Source: Planctomycetota bacterium (GTDB lineage: Bacteria > Planctomycetota > PLA2 > JAEUHO01). From it: a stretch of 64,000 nt of DNA. The stretch covers positions 64,001-128,000 of the forward strand of contig JBFWRP010000001.1 in the NCBI GenBank assembly GCA_050248855.1, in the 5' to 3' direction. Made by a program: the position numbers and the translations under genes. Positions 9,340-19,600 of this stretch are shown here, piece by piece (the stretch's first letter is position 1; each line of letters starts with the position of its first letter). Under the pieces are notes generated by a model. It was not told the origin of the DNA and made no database searches. It saw only the letters and a list, made by a program, of their open reading frames with translations.

Positions 9340-11348
9340 CCCGCCGCCTCCCCCCCTACCGCGTGCTCACGCGGTGCGCCGTCGTGGCCACGGGCCTGCC
9401 GCTGGCGCTCTCGCTTCCGGGTGGGTCGATGATCCTCGCCATCCTCGGCATCGGGTTCCTGATCTTCGTGCACGAGTGGGGTCACTACGCCGCCTGTCGG
9501 CTCACGGGCACGCGCACGGAGACCTTCGCGATCGGCTTCGGCCCGCGCCTCTTCGGCTGGGAGAAGGACCGCGACGGCAAGCGCCGCTTCACGGTCGGCG
9601 AGCGCCAGCTGGACCCGGAAGACCACGCGATGGACTTCCGCATCAGCGCGATCCCGCTCGGCGGCTACGTCAAGATGGCGGGCGAGATCCCGGGCGAGGG
9701 CACCACCGGGGCAGAGGACGAGTTCCCGCAGAAGACCGCTTCCCAGCGCGCCTTCATCATCAGCGCCGGCGTCATCATGAACCTGATCACGGCGGTCGTG
9801 TTCTACGCCCTCACCTACGGCATGGGTCGTCCGACGCCGCCTCCCGTGATCGCGTCGGTCGAGTCGGGTGGCGGCGCCTGGGAGGCCGGGCTCCGGGCCG
9901 GCGACCGCGTGGTGAGCATCGATGGCAACGCCATCGACAGCGACATCGACCTGCTCATGCAGGCGGCCCTGGCCAGCCACGAGCCGGCGCACATCGTCTA
10001 CACGCGCGACGGCGAGCGCCGCGAGACACGCGTCCAGGCGCGCCACGACGCCGAGCTCGGCCGCATGCGCATGGGCTTCAGCCCGGCCCAGGTCGCGCTC
10101 GTCCTCGGCCGCGACGACCAGGCGCCGCGCATCGGCCCGGAGACGAAGGCCTTGGTCGGCGGCATTCCGGTCGTGGGCGGCCGCGAGGCGCTCGAGCAGC
10201 TGCACTTGCTGCTGGCACGCGGCATCGTGCCCGTCGTGGTCGAGGTGGACGGCCAGCGCGTGGAGCTCGCGCCTACGCCGCCCAAGAAGGGCGTGGAGCC
10301 CTCCGAGCCGGCGCCGCGCTTCCTCGGTCTCGAGCCGTTCCATCCGGTCGTGGTCGGCCAGGTGCTCGAGCCCGCGTCCGCCGTGTTGCGCACGGGGGAT
10401 GTGCTGCTCGCTCCCGCCGCTGCCGACGGTGGCGCCACACGGCAGATCGGCTCGGCGGGCGCCTGGCTCGCCGCTGCCCAAGGCGACGCGGCGTGGACGG
10501 GGATCCGGGTCCGCCGCGGCGACACCGAGCAGACCCTGGCGGTGAGCTTGCCCACGGTGGGCGAACGGCTGGCGTTCCTCCGCTCGGTCCACCTGGAGGA
10601 CGAGGACGACGGCGGAGCCCGCGTGTCCGCCACGCCGGGGCTCGTCCAGGTCGACGACGTCGAGGCCAACACCACTTGGTGGTACCAGGCGCCCGACTCC
10701 GCGGCCGCCGAAGGGGGCTGGCAGGACGGGGATCGCCTCCGCCGGGTGGGCGAGATCGAGGTCGGTACGTTCGTGGGTGCGCAGGGCGTGATCCGCACGC
10801 TGCCCGCGGGCAAGGCCGTCGAGGTCGAGGTCGAGGGCGTCGATGGCACGCGCCGCACGCTCGCGATCGAGGCCCGCCCGGGCACGCTGGTGGGTCAGCT
10901 GCCCGTCGACCTGGTGCCGGCGCTCGAGACGCCGCCCGGCAAGCCCTTCCTCGGCGCGCTGGGCGCCGGTGCGCGCCGCACGTGGGTCGAGGTCGTCAAC
11001 ACGTTCCGCACGATCGGCGCCTTCTTCACGGGACGGGTCTCGTTCGCGAAGAACGTGGGTGGCCCCATCATGATCGTGAAGGCGAGCAGCGATTTCGCCG
11101 ACCGCGGGTTCCTGCAGCTGCTCTGGTTCCTCGCCTACGTCAGCGTGATGCTGGCCGTGCTGAACATCCTGCCCATCCCCGTCCTGGATGGCGGCCACCT
11201 GCTGTTCATCCTCATCGAGAAGATCAAGGGCTCTCCGCTCAAGGACAGCACGATGTTCAACCTCCAGAAGGTCGGCATGGTGTTGCTCCTGGCGTTGATG
11301 GTCTTCGCCTTCTGGAACGACATCCAGCGCATCATCCTCCGTTCATGA
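9318..11348 (+). CDS. rseP: RIP metalloprotease RseP (M50) with PDZ-type domains; true start may be downstream (e.g. 9384)
   Basis: HEWGH, IPLGGYVKM, AGVIMN, NILPIPVLDGGH. Conserved position after dxr. Confidence 0.93.
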   Translation: MRTRRSLTRRLPPYRVLTRCAVVATGLPLALSLPGGSMILAILGIGFLIFVHEWGHYAACRLTGTRTETFAIGFGPRLFGWEKDRDGKRRFTVGERQLDPEDHAMDFRISAIPLGGYVKMAGEIPGEGTTGAEDEFPQKTASQRAFIISAGVIMNLITAVVFYALTYGMGRPTPPPVIASVESGGGAWEAGLRAGDRVVSIDGNAIDSDIDLLMQAALASHEPAHIVYTRDGERRETRVQARHDAELGRMRMGFSPAQVALVLGRDDQAPRIGPETKALVGGIPVVGGREALEQLHLLLARGIVPVVVEVDGQRVELAPTPPKKGVEPSEPAPRFLGLEPFHPVVVGQVLEPASAVLRTGDVLLAPAAADGGATRQIGSAGAWLAAAQGDAAWTGIRVRRGDTEQTLAVSLPTVGERLAFLRSVHLEDEDDGGARVSATPGLVQVDDVEANTTWWYQAPDSAAAEGGWQDGDRLRRVGEIEVGTFVGAQGVIRTLPAGKAVEVEVEGVDGTRRTLAIEARPGTLVGQLPVDLVPALETPPGKPFLGALGAGARRTWVEVVNTFRTIGAFFTGRVSFAKNVGGPIMIVKASSDFADRGFLQLLWFLAYVSVMLAVLNILPIPVLDGGHLLFILIEKIKGSPLKDSTMFNLQKVGMVLLLALMVFAFWNDIQRIILRS

Positions 11349-12229
11349 AGGCTTGGCTGCGCCTCGCGCGCGTCCCCTTCGCGTTCACGGCGGCGACCGA
11401 CGCCTTGGCCGTGGGTCTCCTGGCGCACGCGGCGCTCGGCTCGGACGCGGCGAGCACGCGCTGGCCCGCCGTGCTCGGCGCGGCCGTCCTCGTCTACGCG
11501 TTCGGGATGATGCTCAACGACTGGGCAGACCGCGCGGAGGACGCCCTGGTGGCCCCGCGGCGCCCGCTTCCGTCCGGGGCGCTCCGTCCGGCCCCGGTCG
11601 CGGTCGCGATCCTGCTGGTCGCGCTGGGCGCTCTCGGCCTCGGCCATGTGGCGGGCACGTTGCCGGGCGTGGGCGCTGCGCTGGGTCTGGCGGCGCTGTA
11701 CGACCTGGGCGCCAAGCGCTCCGTACGCGGGGGTGCGGTGGTGTTGGGCCTGGCGCGTGCGGCCAACGCGGCCCAGGTGCCACTGGCCGCTGCGCTGGCG
11801 GGCGCAGTCTCCTCCCCCGCGCTGCTCGCGGCCCTGGCCATCGGGACGTACGCGGCCGCGATCACGGTGCACAGTGCCCAGGCCGAAGTCGGCGTGCGGC
11901 ACACGGTGCTCGTCCGCAGCCTGGTCGGCGTCGCCTTCGCCGGTGCGGCGATCCTCGCGTGGGTCGTGGCGGGCACGTTCACGTTGGCCACGATGTTCGC
12001 GTCCATGCTCGCCTTCGGCGTGGCCTCGAGCACGGCGTTCGGACGCACCCCGCGTACGGGCCCCATCCCCAAGCAGGTCCGCGAGATGCTCTGCGGCCTG
12101 TACATGCTTGCGTACGTCGTCGCGAGCCCCGCCCTGGGCAGCAACGCCTTGCTTGCGCTGGGCGGTCTGTTCCTCGCCTGGGGCTTGGCCATCGCCAGCC
12201 AGCTTTTCGTTCGGGCGCTGGGCACCTGA
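11345..12229 (+). CDS. UbiA family prenyltransferase
   Basis: NDWADRAED...RRPLPSG motif, multiple TMs, ATGA overlap with the rseP stop. Confidence 0.88.
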   Translation: MKAWLRLARVPFAFTAATDALAVGLLAHAALGSDAASTRWPAVLGAAVLVYAFGMMLNDWADRAEDALVAPRRPLPSGALRPAPVAVAILLVALGALGLGHVAGTLPGVGAALGLAALYDLGAKRSVRGGAVVLGLARAANAAQVPLAAALAGAVSSPALLAALAIGTYAAAITVHSAQAEVGVRHTVLVRSLVGVAFAGAAILAWVVAGTFTLATMFASMLAFGVASSTAFGRTPRTGPIPKQVREMLCGLYMLAYVVASPALGSNALLALGGLFLAWGLAIASQLFVRALGT

Positions 12230-12355
12230 GAAGGAGTCGCAGGCTCTCGCGTCGGCCGGCGTGGCGGGGCCTGCGCGCGGCCCCGAGGCCGGCACGTTTG
12301 CGGTACGCTCGCCCCCCGGTGGTGCGGCGCGCGGTGCGCGGCCGGAGGAGCACGG

Positions 12356-13771
12356 ATGCCGTGGGCGCTGCTGGGCTTGGGCGTCGTGGTCGTGGCCGTC
12401 ACGTCCGCGTTCCACGCGATCCTGCGCACGCGCACCGCGCAGGGCGCCATGGCGTGGCTCGTGGCCCTGATCAGCATGCCGCTGCTGGCCATCCCGCTGT
12501 ATTGGCTGTTCGGTCGCCGGCACTTCGCGGGCTACACGCAGGCGTGGCGCGCCCACATGCACGAGCTGCGCCCCCTGGCCCGAGCGGCCCAGGCCAACCT
12601 CGAGGCCTTCCACGTGCCCGACGACGCCAAGCATCCGGCCTACACGGGTCTGCAGGCGCTGGCGCACGGCCAGGTCACGCGGGGCAACGATGTCGAGCTG
12701 CTCGTGAACGGCGAGCCCACGTTCGCGAGCATCGTGGAGGGCATCGCGAAGGCCAGGAGCTATGTGCTCGTCGAGTTCTACATCGTGCGTGATGACGGCC
12801 TGGGGCGTCGCCTGCGCGATGCCCTGGTCGAGCGTGCCCGCGCGGGCGTCGACGTCTGGTTCGTCTACGACGAGCTCGGCAGCAGCAGCTTGAGCAGGCA
12901 GTACCGGAGGTCGCTCGAGGAGGCGGGCGTGCGCATCGTCGAGTTCGGAACGACGCGCGGCTGGACGAACCGCTTCCAGGTGAACTTCCGCAACCACCGC
13001 AAGATCGTCGTCGTGGACGGGGCCGTGGCCTGGATCGGCGGGCACAACGTGGGCGACGAGTATGTCGGCCTGCACAGGAAGCTGACGCCCTGGCGCGACA
13101 CGCACATCCGGCTGGAGGGACCGGCCGTGCTCGAGGCGCAAGCGGCCTTCCTCCTGGACTGGTGCTGGGCGACCGGTGAGCTGCTGGACCTCAGCTGGGA
13201 GGCCGTGCCCTCGACCACGGGCGACCGCCAGGCGTTGGTCGTGGCGACGGGCCCGGCCGACGACGTGGAGACCGGGAAGCTGCTCCACGCCCATCTCGTC
13301 AATCGCGCGCAGCATCGCCTGTGGATCGCCACGCCGTACTTCGTGCCGGAGCCCGCGGTGGCCGCGGCCCTCCAGCTCGCGGCGCTGCGCGGCGTGGACG
13401 TACGGGTCCTGGTACCGCTCCACAACGACAGCCAGCTCGTGCGCTTCGCCTCGTACTGGCATGTCCAGGAGCTGGGCGGCGTGGGCATCCGGTTCCTGCA
13501 GTACCCGCGGGGGTTCATGCACCAGAAGGTCGTGCTCGTGGACGAGGACCTCGTCTCGATCGGCACGCACAACTTCGACAACCGCTCGTTCCTGCTCAAC
13601 TTCGAGGTCGCCGCCCTGGTCTTCGATCGCGAGGTCGCCAGCCGCGTGGAAGCCATGCTCGAGCGCGACATGGAGCATGCCGTGCGTCTCGACCCCGCCG
13701 CGATCGCCGCCCGCCCCCTTTGGTTCCGGCTCGCGACGCGCGCGGCGCGCCTCATGGCCCCGGTGCAGTAG
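12356..13771 (+). CDS. cls: Cardiolipin synthase
   Basis: N-terminal PLDc_N TMs and two HKD motifs (NHRKIVVVDG, HQKVVLVD). GGAGG RBS. Confidence 0.93.
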   Translation: MPWALLGLGVVVVAVTSAFHAILRTRTAQGAMAWLVALISMPLLAIPLYWLFGRRHFAGYTQAWRAHMHELRPLARAAQANLEAFHVPDDAKHPAYTGLQALAHGQVTRGNDVELLVNGEPTFASIVEGIAKARSYVLVEFYIVRDDGLGRRLRDALVERARAGVDVWFVYDELGSSSLSRQYRRSLEEAGVRIVEFGTTRGWTNRFQVNFRNHRKIVVVDGAVAWIGGHNVGDEYVGLHRKLTPWRDTHIRLEGPAVLEAQAAFLLDWCWATGELLDLSWEAVPSTTGDRQALVVATGPADDVETGKLLHAHLVNRAQHRLWIATPYFVPEPAVAAALQLAALRGVDVRVLVPLHNDSQLVRFASYWHVQELGGVGIRFLQYPRGFMHQKVVLVDEDLVSIGTHNFDNRSFLLNFEVAALVFDREVASRVEAMLERDMEHAVRLDPAAIAARPLWFRLATRAARLMAPVQ

Positions 13772-13786
13772 TGACGACGGCGGGAT

Positions 13787-15271
13787 CTAGCGCGGCCTGC
13801 GACGCTCGGGCGCGACGGGCTCCCCGTCCTCGGGATCGGAGAGCAGGGCGTCCAGCTCGGCCTGCATGCGTGCGCGCAGCGCCTGGTAGCGCGGCGTGTC
13901 GCGGAGGGGGTCGAGGTCGCCGTCTTCCTCCATCCACCCCAGGTCGCGCCATCCGGTCTCGTACGCGTTCTCGAGGCAGTCCAGGGCGTGGGTGCGCAGG
14001 ACTTCGGCGTCGAGGGTTCCCGGGTCACGCGACCAGCAGGCATAGGCGCAGGCTTGGTTGTACCAGTTGAGGGACGTGGTGGTGAACCCGAACCCGCGCA
14101 GCTCGCGCTTGTACTCGCGAATGGCCTCTGCATAGCGGCCCGTCCGGATGAGGATCTGGGGCACCATGCCTTCCAGATCCAGGGGCCGCAGCGGGTGGTC
14201 CCACGACTCGATGATCTCGAGGAACTGGTCGAGGGCGTGTGACGTGCGCAGGGGTGCGATGTTGTAGATCGTCGTGAGCACGTCGGCCAAGAGCCCCATG
14301 CGCTCGCCCAGCGCATCCAAGCGCTCCTCGAACCAGGATTCACGGCGCGCGTCGATGAAGCGGCGCAGATTCATGCGACGCAGACGCTCGTGGAGCTCCA
14401 GGGCCTCCACGAGATGCTGGCGGTACCAGATCTCGAGTCGGAAGAGCAGGGCCTCGTCGTCGGGTGTGGCGATCTCGCCCAGCGCGTTGAGGGCCATGTT
14501 GCGCCACTCGAAGAACCGCACGTCCTGGGGCACCACGGGCGCGTACGCACCCAGGCCGACGGCGCGCGGCAGCGCGAGCTGTTCGTCCAGTCCGATGCCC
14601 GCCAGGACGTCCAACACGAGCTGCCGCTGCGGGTGGCTGGCCAAGACGGCGTACTGGCCGCGGTAGTAGCCCGTGTGACCTGTCGGCGACTTGCGCGACG
14701 TGAGGAGACCTTCGATCTCGGTGCGGTCCACGAGCTCGACCAGCGCGTCGAGCCGCTCGGCCTCCGCGCTGCTCCCGAGCCCCCACGCCAGGGGGTCGGC
14801 GAAGGCGCTTCGGTCGGCAGCCGCGAGCTGCGCCAAGACCGCCGAACTGGCCGGGTCCTGGGCCCAGGCCCGCAGGAGCGGATGGGCGGACGTGTCGGGC
14901 AGCGCGAGCGCCCCGCGCAGCACCTGCCGTCGGCTCTCGAGGTCCCCGTGCCGCAGGATCGCCATCCCCAGCGCCTCGCGTCCGAGATCCCCCGCCTCCG
15001 CCCAGGCCGCCAGGAGCGGGCGGGCCAGGGCGGCATCGTTTGCCAGGGCGTGTTCGAGGTCGCGACGCGCACGCTCGCGCACGGCGGCCAGGGGGCTTTC
15101 CACGCCGGAGCTCAGGGCCGCCACGCCCTCCGACGGGGTGCTCTCGCCTTCCGCCCAGGCCACCGCCGGCGAGCGTGCCGGCGCGAGGGCGCCAACGACC
15201 ACGAGGCATGCCGCCAGCAAGGCGGGCGCGCGGCGGAGGGCGGCCTTCGGCAACTTCCCCAGGGGGACCAT
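13787..15271 (-). CDS. Exported helical-repeat/TPR protein with C-terminal TPR end-of-group motif
   Basis: Signal peptide. C-terminal YNQACAYA...LENAYETGW....MEEDGDLDPLRDTPRY. Confidence 0.75.
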   Translation of the reverse strand: MVPLGKLPKAALRRAPALLAACLVVVGALAPARSPAVAWAEGESTPSEGVAALSSGVESPLAAVRERARRDLEHALANDAALARPLLAAWAEAGDLGREALGMAILRHGDLESRRQVLRGALALPDTSAHPLLRAWAQDPASSAVLAQLAAADRSAFADPLAWGLGSSAEAERLDALVELVDRTEIEGLLTSRKSPTGHTGYYRGQYAVLASHPQRQLVLDVLAGIGLDEQLALPRAVGLGAYAPVVPQDVRFFEWRNMALNALGEIATPDDEALLFRLEIWYRQHLVEALELHERLRRMNLRRFIDARRESWFEERLDALGERMGLLADVLTTIYNIAPLRTSHALDQFLEIIESWDHPLRPLDLEGMVPQILIRTGRYAEAIREYKRELRGFGFTTTSLNWYNQACAYACWSRDPGTLDAEVLRTHALDCLENAYETGWRDLGWMEEDGDLDPLRDTPRYQALRARMQAELDALLSDPEDGEPVAPERRRPR

Positions 15272-15385
15272 GGGTGCATCCTACCCCCCGGCGGGCGGCC
15301 CGCCGAAAGCCGCCGGTCGGCGCGACCTGCGTCGTGGGAGCGGTTCGAGCCGATAGACAGGCGGGGGCGGGACGCACGGGAGCGG

Positions 15386-15814
15386 ATGGCGGCGAGCGAG
15401 CCGAGTGGCAGGACCTCCGAAGCGTTCGGCGCGGGCGCCGAACGGGCGACCGACCCGCGTTTCGAGGCCGAGCTGCGCCGCGGCGTCTTGCAGCTGGTCG
15501 CCCTCTTCCTGCTGGACCGGCCCCGCTACGGCTACGACCTCGTGCGCTCGCTCACGGAGGCCGGGTTCGCCGTCGAGGAAGGCACGCTCTACCCCATCCT
15601 GCGACGCTTCGAGCAGCAGCGTTGGGTCACGTCGTCCTGGAGCACGGCGGGTGCGCGCCCGCGCAAGTACTACCGCCTGTCGGACGATGGGCGCGACGTA
15701 CGCGACCGCATGGCGCACACCTGGGACCGTGTACGCCACGCCACGGAAGCCGTGCTCGGCGCGGACGCCGCATCGCAAGCCCCCGAGGACGACGAGGAGC
15801 CGGGTGATGCATGA
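15386..15814 (+). CDS. PadR family transcriptional regulator
   Basis: ELRRGVLQL, YGYDL, EEGTLYPILRR, RPRKYYRLSDDG. Confidence 0.92.
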   Translation: MAASEPSGRTSEAFGAGAERATDPRFEAELRRGVLQLVALFLLDRPRYGYDLVRSLTEAGFAVEEGTLYPILRRFEQQRWVTSSWSTAGARPRKYYRLSDDGRDVRDRMAHTWDRVRHATEAVLGADAASQAPEDDEEPGDA

Positions 15815-16793
15815 ACCCCCTGCCAGCCCCGTGGGCCCCCAGAGCGCCGCGGCGCGCGCGTGGATCGCGCGCTTGACTGCGCTCCTGCCGGCGCCGGAGT
15901 CCGAGCGCGTGCGCGGCGACGTCGAGGCCATGATCCTCGATCATGCCGAGGCCGCCCGCGAGGCGGATCCCGCGCTCGACGCCGACGAAGCGGAGCGCTT
16001 GGCGCTCGAGTCGCTGGGCACGCCCGAGGCCATGGCCGACGCCTTGGTCGACCGGCCGGTCCGCATCACGTGGGCCACGTGGCGCTCCGTCCAGCGGATG
16101 CTGTGGGTCCTCGTTCCCTGCCACCTGCTGCTTTCCGTGCTGCTCACGGCGGCCGGCTCCACCACGCCGGCCTTGCCGGGCCTGCTGGGGCCGCTCCCGA
16201 CCTCTTCGTGGGCGGCCACCGCCTTGGCCGTCTTCGGCGTGCTCGTGGTGGACGTCGGCTTGGTCGTGCTGCTCCACGCCGTGTTCGGCGCGCAGCTCGG
16301 ACGGATCCGTCCGATCGGCGACCCGCGACTCTCGGTGACCCGCGGCGACGCCGTACGCCGCCTCGTGTTCCTCGGCCTGGTGGCCGTGCTCGTCAACGGG
16401 CTGCTGCGGCGCCTCTTCACCGTGGAGTTCGCGTCCGGCGAGGCGGCGTCGTTCCTGGTCGACGACCTGCTGGCCCTGGTGCCCTGGGCCAACGTCGTGC
16501 TGGTTTTGTTCGCCGTCCGGGATGTCGGCGCCCTGCTGCGTCCGTCGTCGGCGCGCACGCTCTGGACCGCCGACACGCTGGCGTCGGCGGCCGCCGCCGC
16601 GCTCATGGTCTTCGCCGCGGCTCGCCCCGAGCTGGTGCGGTTCCCGGCCGACCGCCTCGGCCCCGCGACGGCCAACGTCCTGACGAGCCTCGTCACGCGC
16701 CTCTTCGTGTTCCTCTTCGTGGTCGGTGCGCTGATCAGCGCGCTGCGCGCGGTCGGCGGCGTCCGCCGCCTCCTCGCTGCCCGCCGCGGGTGA
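15807..16793 (+). CDS. HAAS-like membrane protein (PadR partner)
   Basis: N-terminal helical domain with LESLGTPEAMA followed by about 6 TMs. Overlaps the padR stop. Confidence 0.75.
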   Translation: MHEPPASPVGPQSAAARAWIARLTALLPAPESERVRGDVEAMILDHAEAAREADPALDADEAERLALESLGTPEAMADALVDRPVRITWATWRSVQRMLWVLVPCHLLLSVLLTAAGSTTPALPGLLGPLPTSSWAATALAVFGVLVVDVGLVVLLHAVFGAQLGRIRPIGDPRLSVTRGDAVRRLVFLGLVAVLVNGLLRRLFTVEFASGEAASFLVDDLLALVPWANVVLVLFAVRDVGALLRPSSARTLWTADTLASAAAAALMVFAAARPELVRFPADRLGPATANVLTSLVTRLFVFLFVVGALISALRAVGGVRRLLAARRG

Positions 16794-17557
16794 GCGGGCG
16801 CAAGGCACCGGTCTGGACGTACCCCGGCCGCCTGGAGGAGGTCCGGCTCGTCGGACGTCGCAAGCGCTTCTTCGCGGACGTCGAGTGGCCGGACGGCCGC
16901 GCCCTCACCGTGCACTGCGCCAACCCGGGCCGCATGACCAGCTGCGGGCGCCCGGGCGCCCGGGCGCGGATCAGCGACAGCGGCAATGCCAAGCGGACGC
17001 TGCGCTGGTCCTTGGAGCAGGTGGCCGAGCACGACGCCTGGGTCCTGGTGAACACGGCGCGCACGAACGCCGTGGTCGAGGCCCTCGTGGCGACGGGGCG
17101 CCTACCCGCGGTGCCCGTCGACGCACCCCGGCGTCGCGAAGCGGCCGACGGCGCGGGCCATCGCTTCGACCTCCTGGTGGAACCGCCGGGCGCACCGCGC
17201 CTGTGGATCGAGGTGAAGAACGTGACGTGGCGTGTCGGCGACGAAGCACGCTTCCCCGATGCGGTCACCGCACGTGGGCGGCGCCATCTCGAGGGCCTGG
17301 CGGCTCGCGTGGAGGCCGGGGAGCGCGCCCTGCTCGTGTTCTACGTGGGGCGTGCCGACGTCCGTCGCGTGCGTCCGGCGCACGATGTGGACGCCGCCTA
17401 CGCGACGGCACTCGTCGAAGCGGTCGCCCGGGGCGTCGAGGTGCTCGCGCTCGCCGGGGACATCACGGCCGAGGGCCTGGACGCGCGCGGAACGCTGCCG
17501 GTCGATCTGGGCGCCCCGCCCCCGATCCAGGACGGCCAAGCGCCCTGCGTCCCGTAG
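16790..17557 (+). CDS. sfsA: DNA/RNA nuclease SfsA
   Basis: RKRFFADV, HCANPGRM, RFDLL, IEVKNVT, FPDAVTARGRRHL. Confidence 0.93.
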   Translation: MSGRKAPVWTYPGRLEEVRLVGRRKRFFADVEWPDGRALTVHCANPGRMTSCGRPGARARISDSGNAKRTLRWSLEQVAEHDAWVLVNTARTNAVVEALVATGRLPAVPVDAPRRREAADGAGHRFDLLVEPPGAPRLWIEVKNVTWRVGDEARFPDAVTARGRRHLEGLAARVEAGERALLVFYVGRADVRRVRPAHDVDAAYATALVEAVARGVEVLALAGDITAEGLDARGTLPVDLGAPPPIQDGQAPCVP

Positions 17558-17567
17558 CATCCGGCCC

Positions 17568-18263
17568 GTGAGCCCGACCCCGCCTGCGCTCCACGTTCGC
17601 GACCTGCGCCATGCCTTCCGCTCGCCGGAGGGGGGCGCACTGCCCGTGCTCGAGCTGCCCGAGCTCGACGTCCAAGCGGGCGAGCGCCTCGTCGTGCAGG
17701 GGGCCAGCGGCGGCGGCAAGACGACACTGCTGCATCTGGTCGCGGGCATCTTGCCCGTCCAACACGGCACGCTGGAGGTCGCCGGCATCTCGCTGAAGGG
17801 CATGAGCGAGGCCGCGCGGGATCGCTTCCGCGCCCGACACGTCGGCTACCTCTTCCAGGCCTTCCACCTGCTGCCGCAGCTGACGGCGTTGGAGAACGTG
17901 GCCGTCGCGCTCACGTTCCAGGGCATCCGCCCGGCGGCCGCGCGCCAAGCGGCCGCCGCCTCGCTGCAGCGCGTGGGCCTGGCCGACCGTCGGGGGCACC
18001 GCCCCCACCAGCTCTCCGTCGGCCAGCAGCAGCGTGTCGCGATCGCGCGCGCGCTCGTGGGCCATCCGTCCATCGTGCTGGCCGACGAGCCGACGAGCAG
18101 CCTCGACCCACAGCGCGCCGAGGAGGCCCTTGCGCTGCTGGAGGCCTTCGCCGAGGAGCGCGGAGCGGCCCTCTTGATCGTCACCCACGACCCCGCGGTC
18201 GTGGCCCGGGCCTCGCGGGTGGTCAGGCTGGAAGCGCCGCGCCCGGCGGAGGCCGCACGATGA
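17568..18263 (+). CDS. ABC transporter ATP-binding protein (LolD/MacB-like)
   Basis: Walker A GASGGGKTT, LSVGQQQR, Walker B VLADEPT, VTHD. Confidence 0.93.
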   Translation: MSPTPPALHVRDLRHAFRSPEGGALPVLELPELDVQAGERLVVQGASGGGKTTLLHLVAGILPVQHGTLEVAGISLKGMSEAARDRFRARHVGYLFQAFHLLPQLTALENVAVALTFQGIRPAAARQAAAASLQRVGLADRRGHRPHQLSVGQQQRVAIARALVGHPSIVLADEPTSSLDPQRAEEALALLEAFAEERGAALLIVTHDPAVVARASRVVRLEAPRPAEAAR

Positions 18264-19591
18264 GCCTGCTGGCCCTGGCGTGGCGCAGTGTGCGCGGTCG
18301 GCCCTTGGCCAGCACGCTTACGGTCGTTGCCGTGGCGCTGGGCGCGGCGCTCGTCATCGCCCTGCTCTCGCTTCGCGCTTCGACGCGCCGCTCGTTCCTG
18401 GAAGCTGCGCGCGGCTACGACGCGATCCTCGGCCCCACCGAGGGCTCGCCCCTGGACACGGTGCTCTCGACCCTCTTCCACGTCGGCGAGTCCAAGGGCA
18501 CGATCCCGTGGGCGGCGTGGGATGCCGTGCAGAAGGACCCCCGCGTTGCCCTGGCCGTGCCGTATGCGCTGGGGGACAGCTTCCGCGGGCGCCACATCGT
18601 GGGTACCAGCAACGACCTCTTCCGTGCCCTGCACGGGGCGGACGGCAAGCCCCTCGGCGAGGGCGTCGTCGGAGCCCTCTTCGAAGACGGGTCCTTCGAG
18701 GCCGTCGTCGGCAGCGCCGCAGCCGCTTCCACGGGGCTCCGCCGCGGCTCGCAGTTCCGTGCGGCGCATGGCGTCGAGGTGGTGACGCACGAGCACGAGG
18801 AGCTCTGGACGGTCGTCGGCATCCTGCGGCCCACGGGCACCCCGGCCGACCGCGCCATCTTCATTCCCTGGAAGACGTTCTACGCCATCGGCGGGCACGA
18901 GGAAGGTGCCGAAGCCTTGCGCGCGCGCCGCGCCGCCCAAGCGGAGGCGGGCGGTGAGCCGCCCCCTGGCGCGGGCGCCCACGACGAGGACCCGGACGGT
19001 GGTCACGACCACGAGGCGGACGCTCCCACGGCCGAGGAAACGCTGGGGCTCTCGGCGATCGGCATCCGCCTCGTGAGCCCGGGTCTGCGCATCGCCTACT
19101 TGGCGGAGCTGCGCCAAGACCGCGACGACCTCGACCCCGTGCAGCCGCTCGAGGTCATCCACGACCTGTTGCAGATCGTAGGCTCCGTCGACCAGGTGTT
19201 CGAGCTGCTCGCCTGGGCGGTCGTCGTCGTGTCGTCGCTCGGCATCCTCGTGGGCCTCTACAACACGATCCACGGGCGGCGCCGCGAGATCGCGATCCTG
19301 CGTGCCCTGGGGGCGCGCGCACGTCACGTGTTCGTCGTCATCGTGCTGGAGGCCGTGTTGCTCGTGCTGGCGGGAGGCGTCCTGGGTCTCTTGCTAGGCC
19401 ACTTCGCGTTGGCGGCCGCCGCGCCCGAGCTGCTCCGTGAGTATGCGATCCGCGCCGACGTGGCACCGGGCATGCGCGACCTCGCGGTGCTCGGGGCGTT
19501 GCTCGGGCTCGGGCTGCTGGCCGGGTTGCTGCCGGCCCTCCGGGGTCTGCAGACCCCGGTGGCACGCAACCTGCAGCCGCAGGATGCGTGA
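18260..19591 (+). CDS. ABC transporter permease (FtsX/MacB-like) with His/acidic loops
   Basis: N-terminal TM, LGDSFRG..IVGT, GILRPTGTPADRAIF, RRREIAILRALGA, C-terminal TMs. Confidence 0.9.
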   Translation: MSLLALAWRSVRGRPLASTLTVVAVALGAALVIALLSLRASTRRSFLEAARGYDAILGPTEGSPLDTVLSTLFHVGESKGTIPWAAWDAVQKDPRVALAVPYALGDSFRGRHIVGTSNDLFRALHGADGKPLGEGVVGALFEDGSFEAVVGSAAAASTGLRRGSQFRAAHGVEVVTHEHEELWTVVGILRPTGTPADRAIFIPWKTFYAIGGHEEGAEALRARRAAQAEAGGEPPPGAGAHDEDPDGGHDHEADAPTAEETLGLSAIGIRLVSPGLRIAYLAELRQDRDDLDPVQPLEVIHDLLQIVGSVDQVFELLAWAVVVVSSLGILVGLYNTIHGRRREIAILRALGARARHVFVVIVLEAVLLVLAGGVLGLLLGHFALAAAAPELLREYAIRADVAPGMRDLAVLGALLGLGLLAGLLPALRGLQTPVARNLQPQDA

Positions 19592-19600
19592 GCCCGGCCG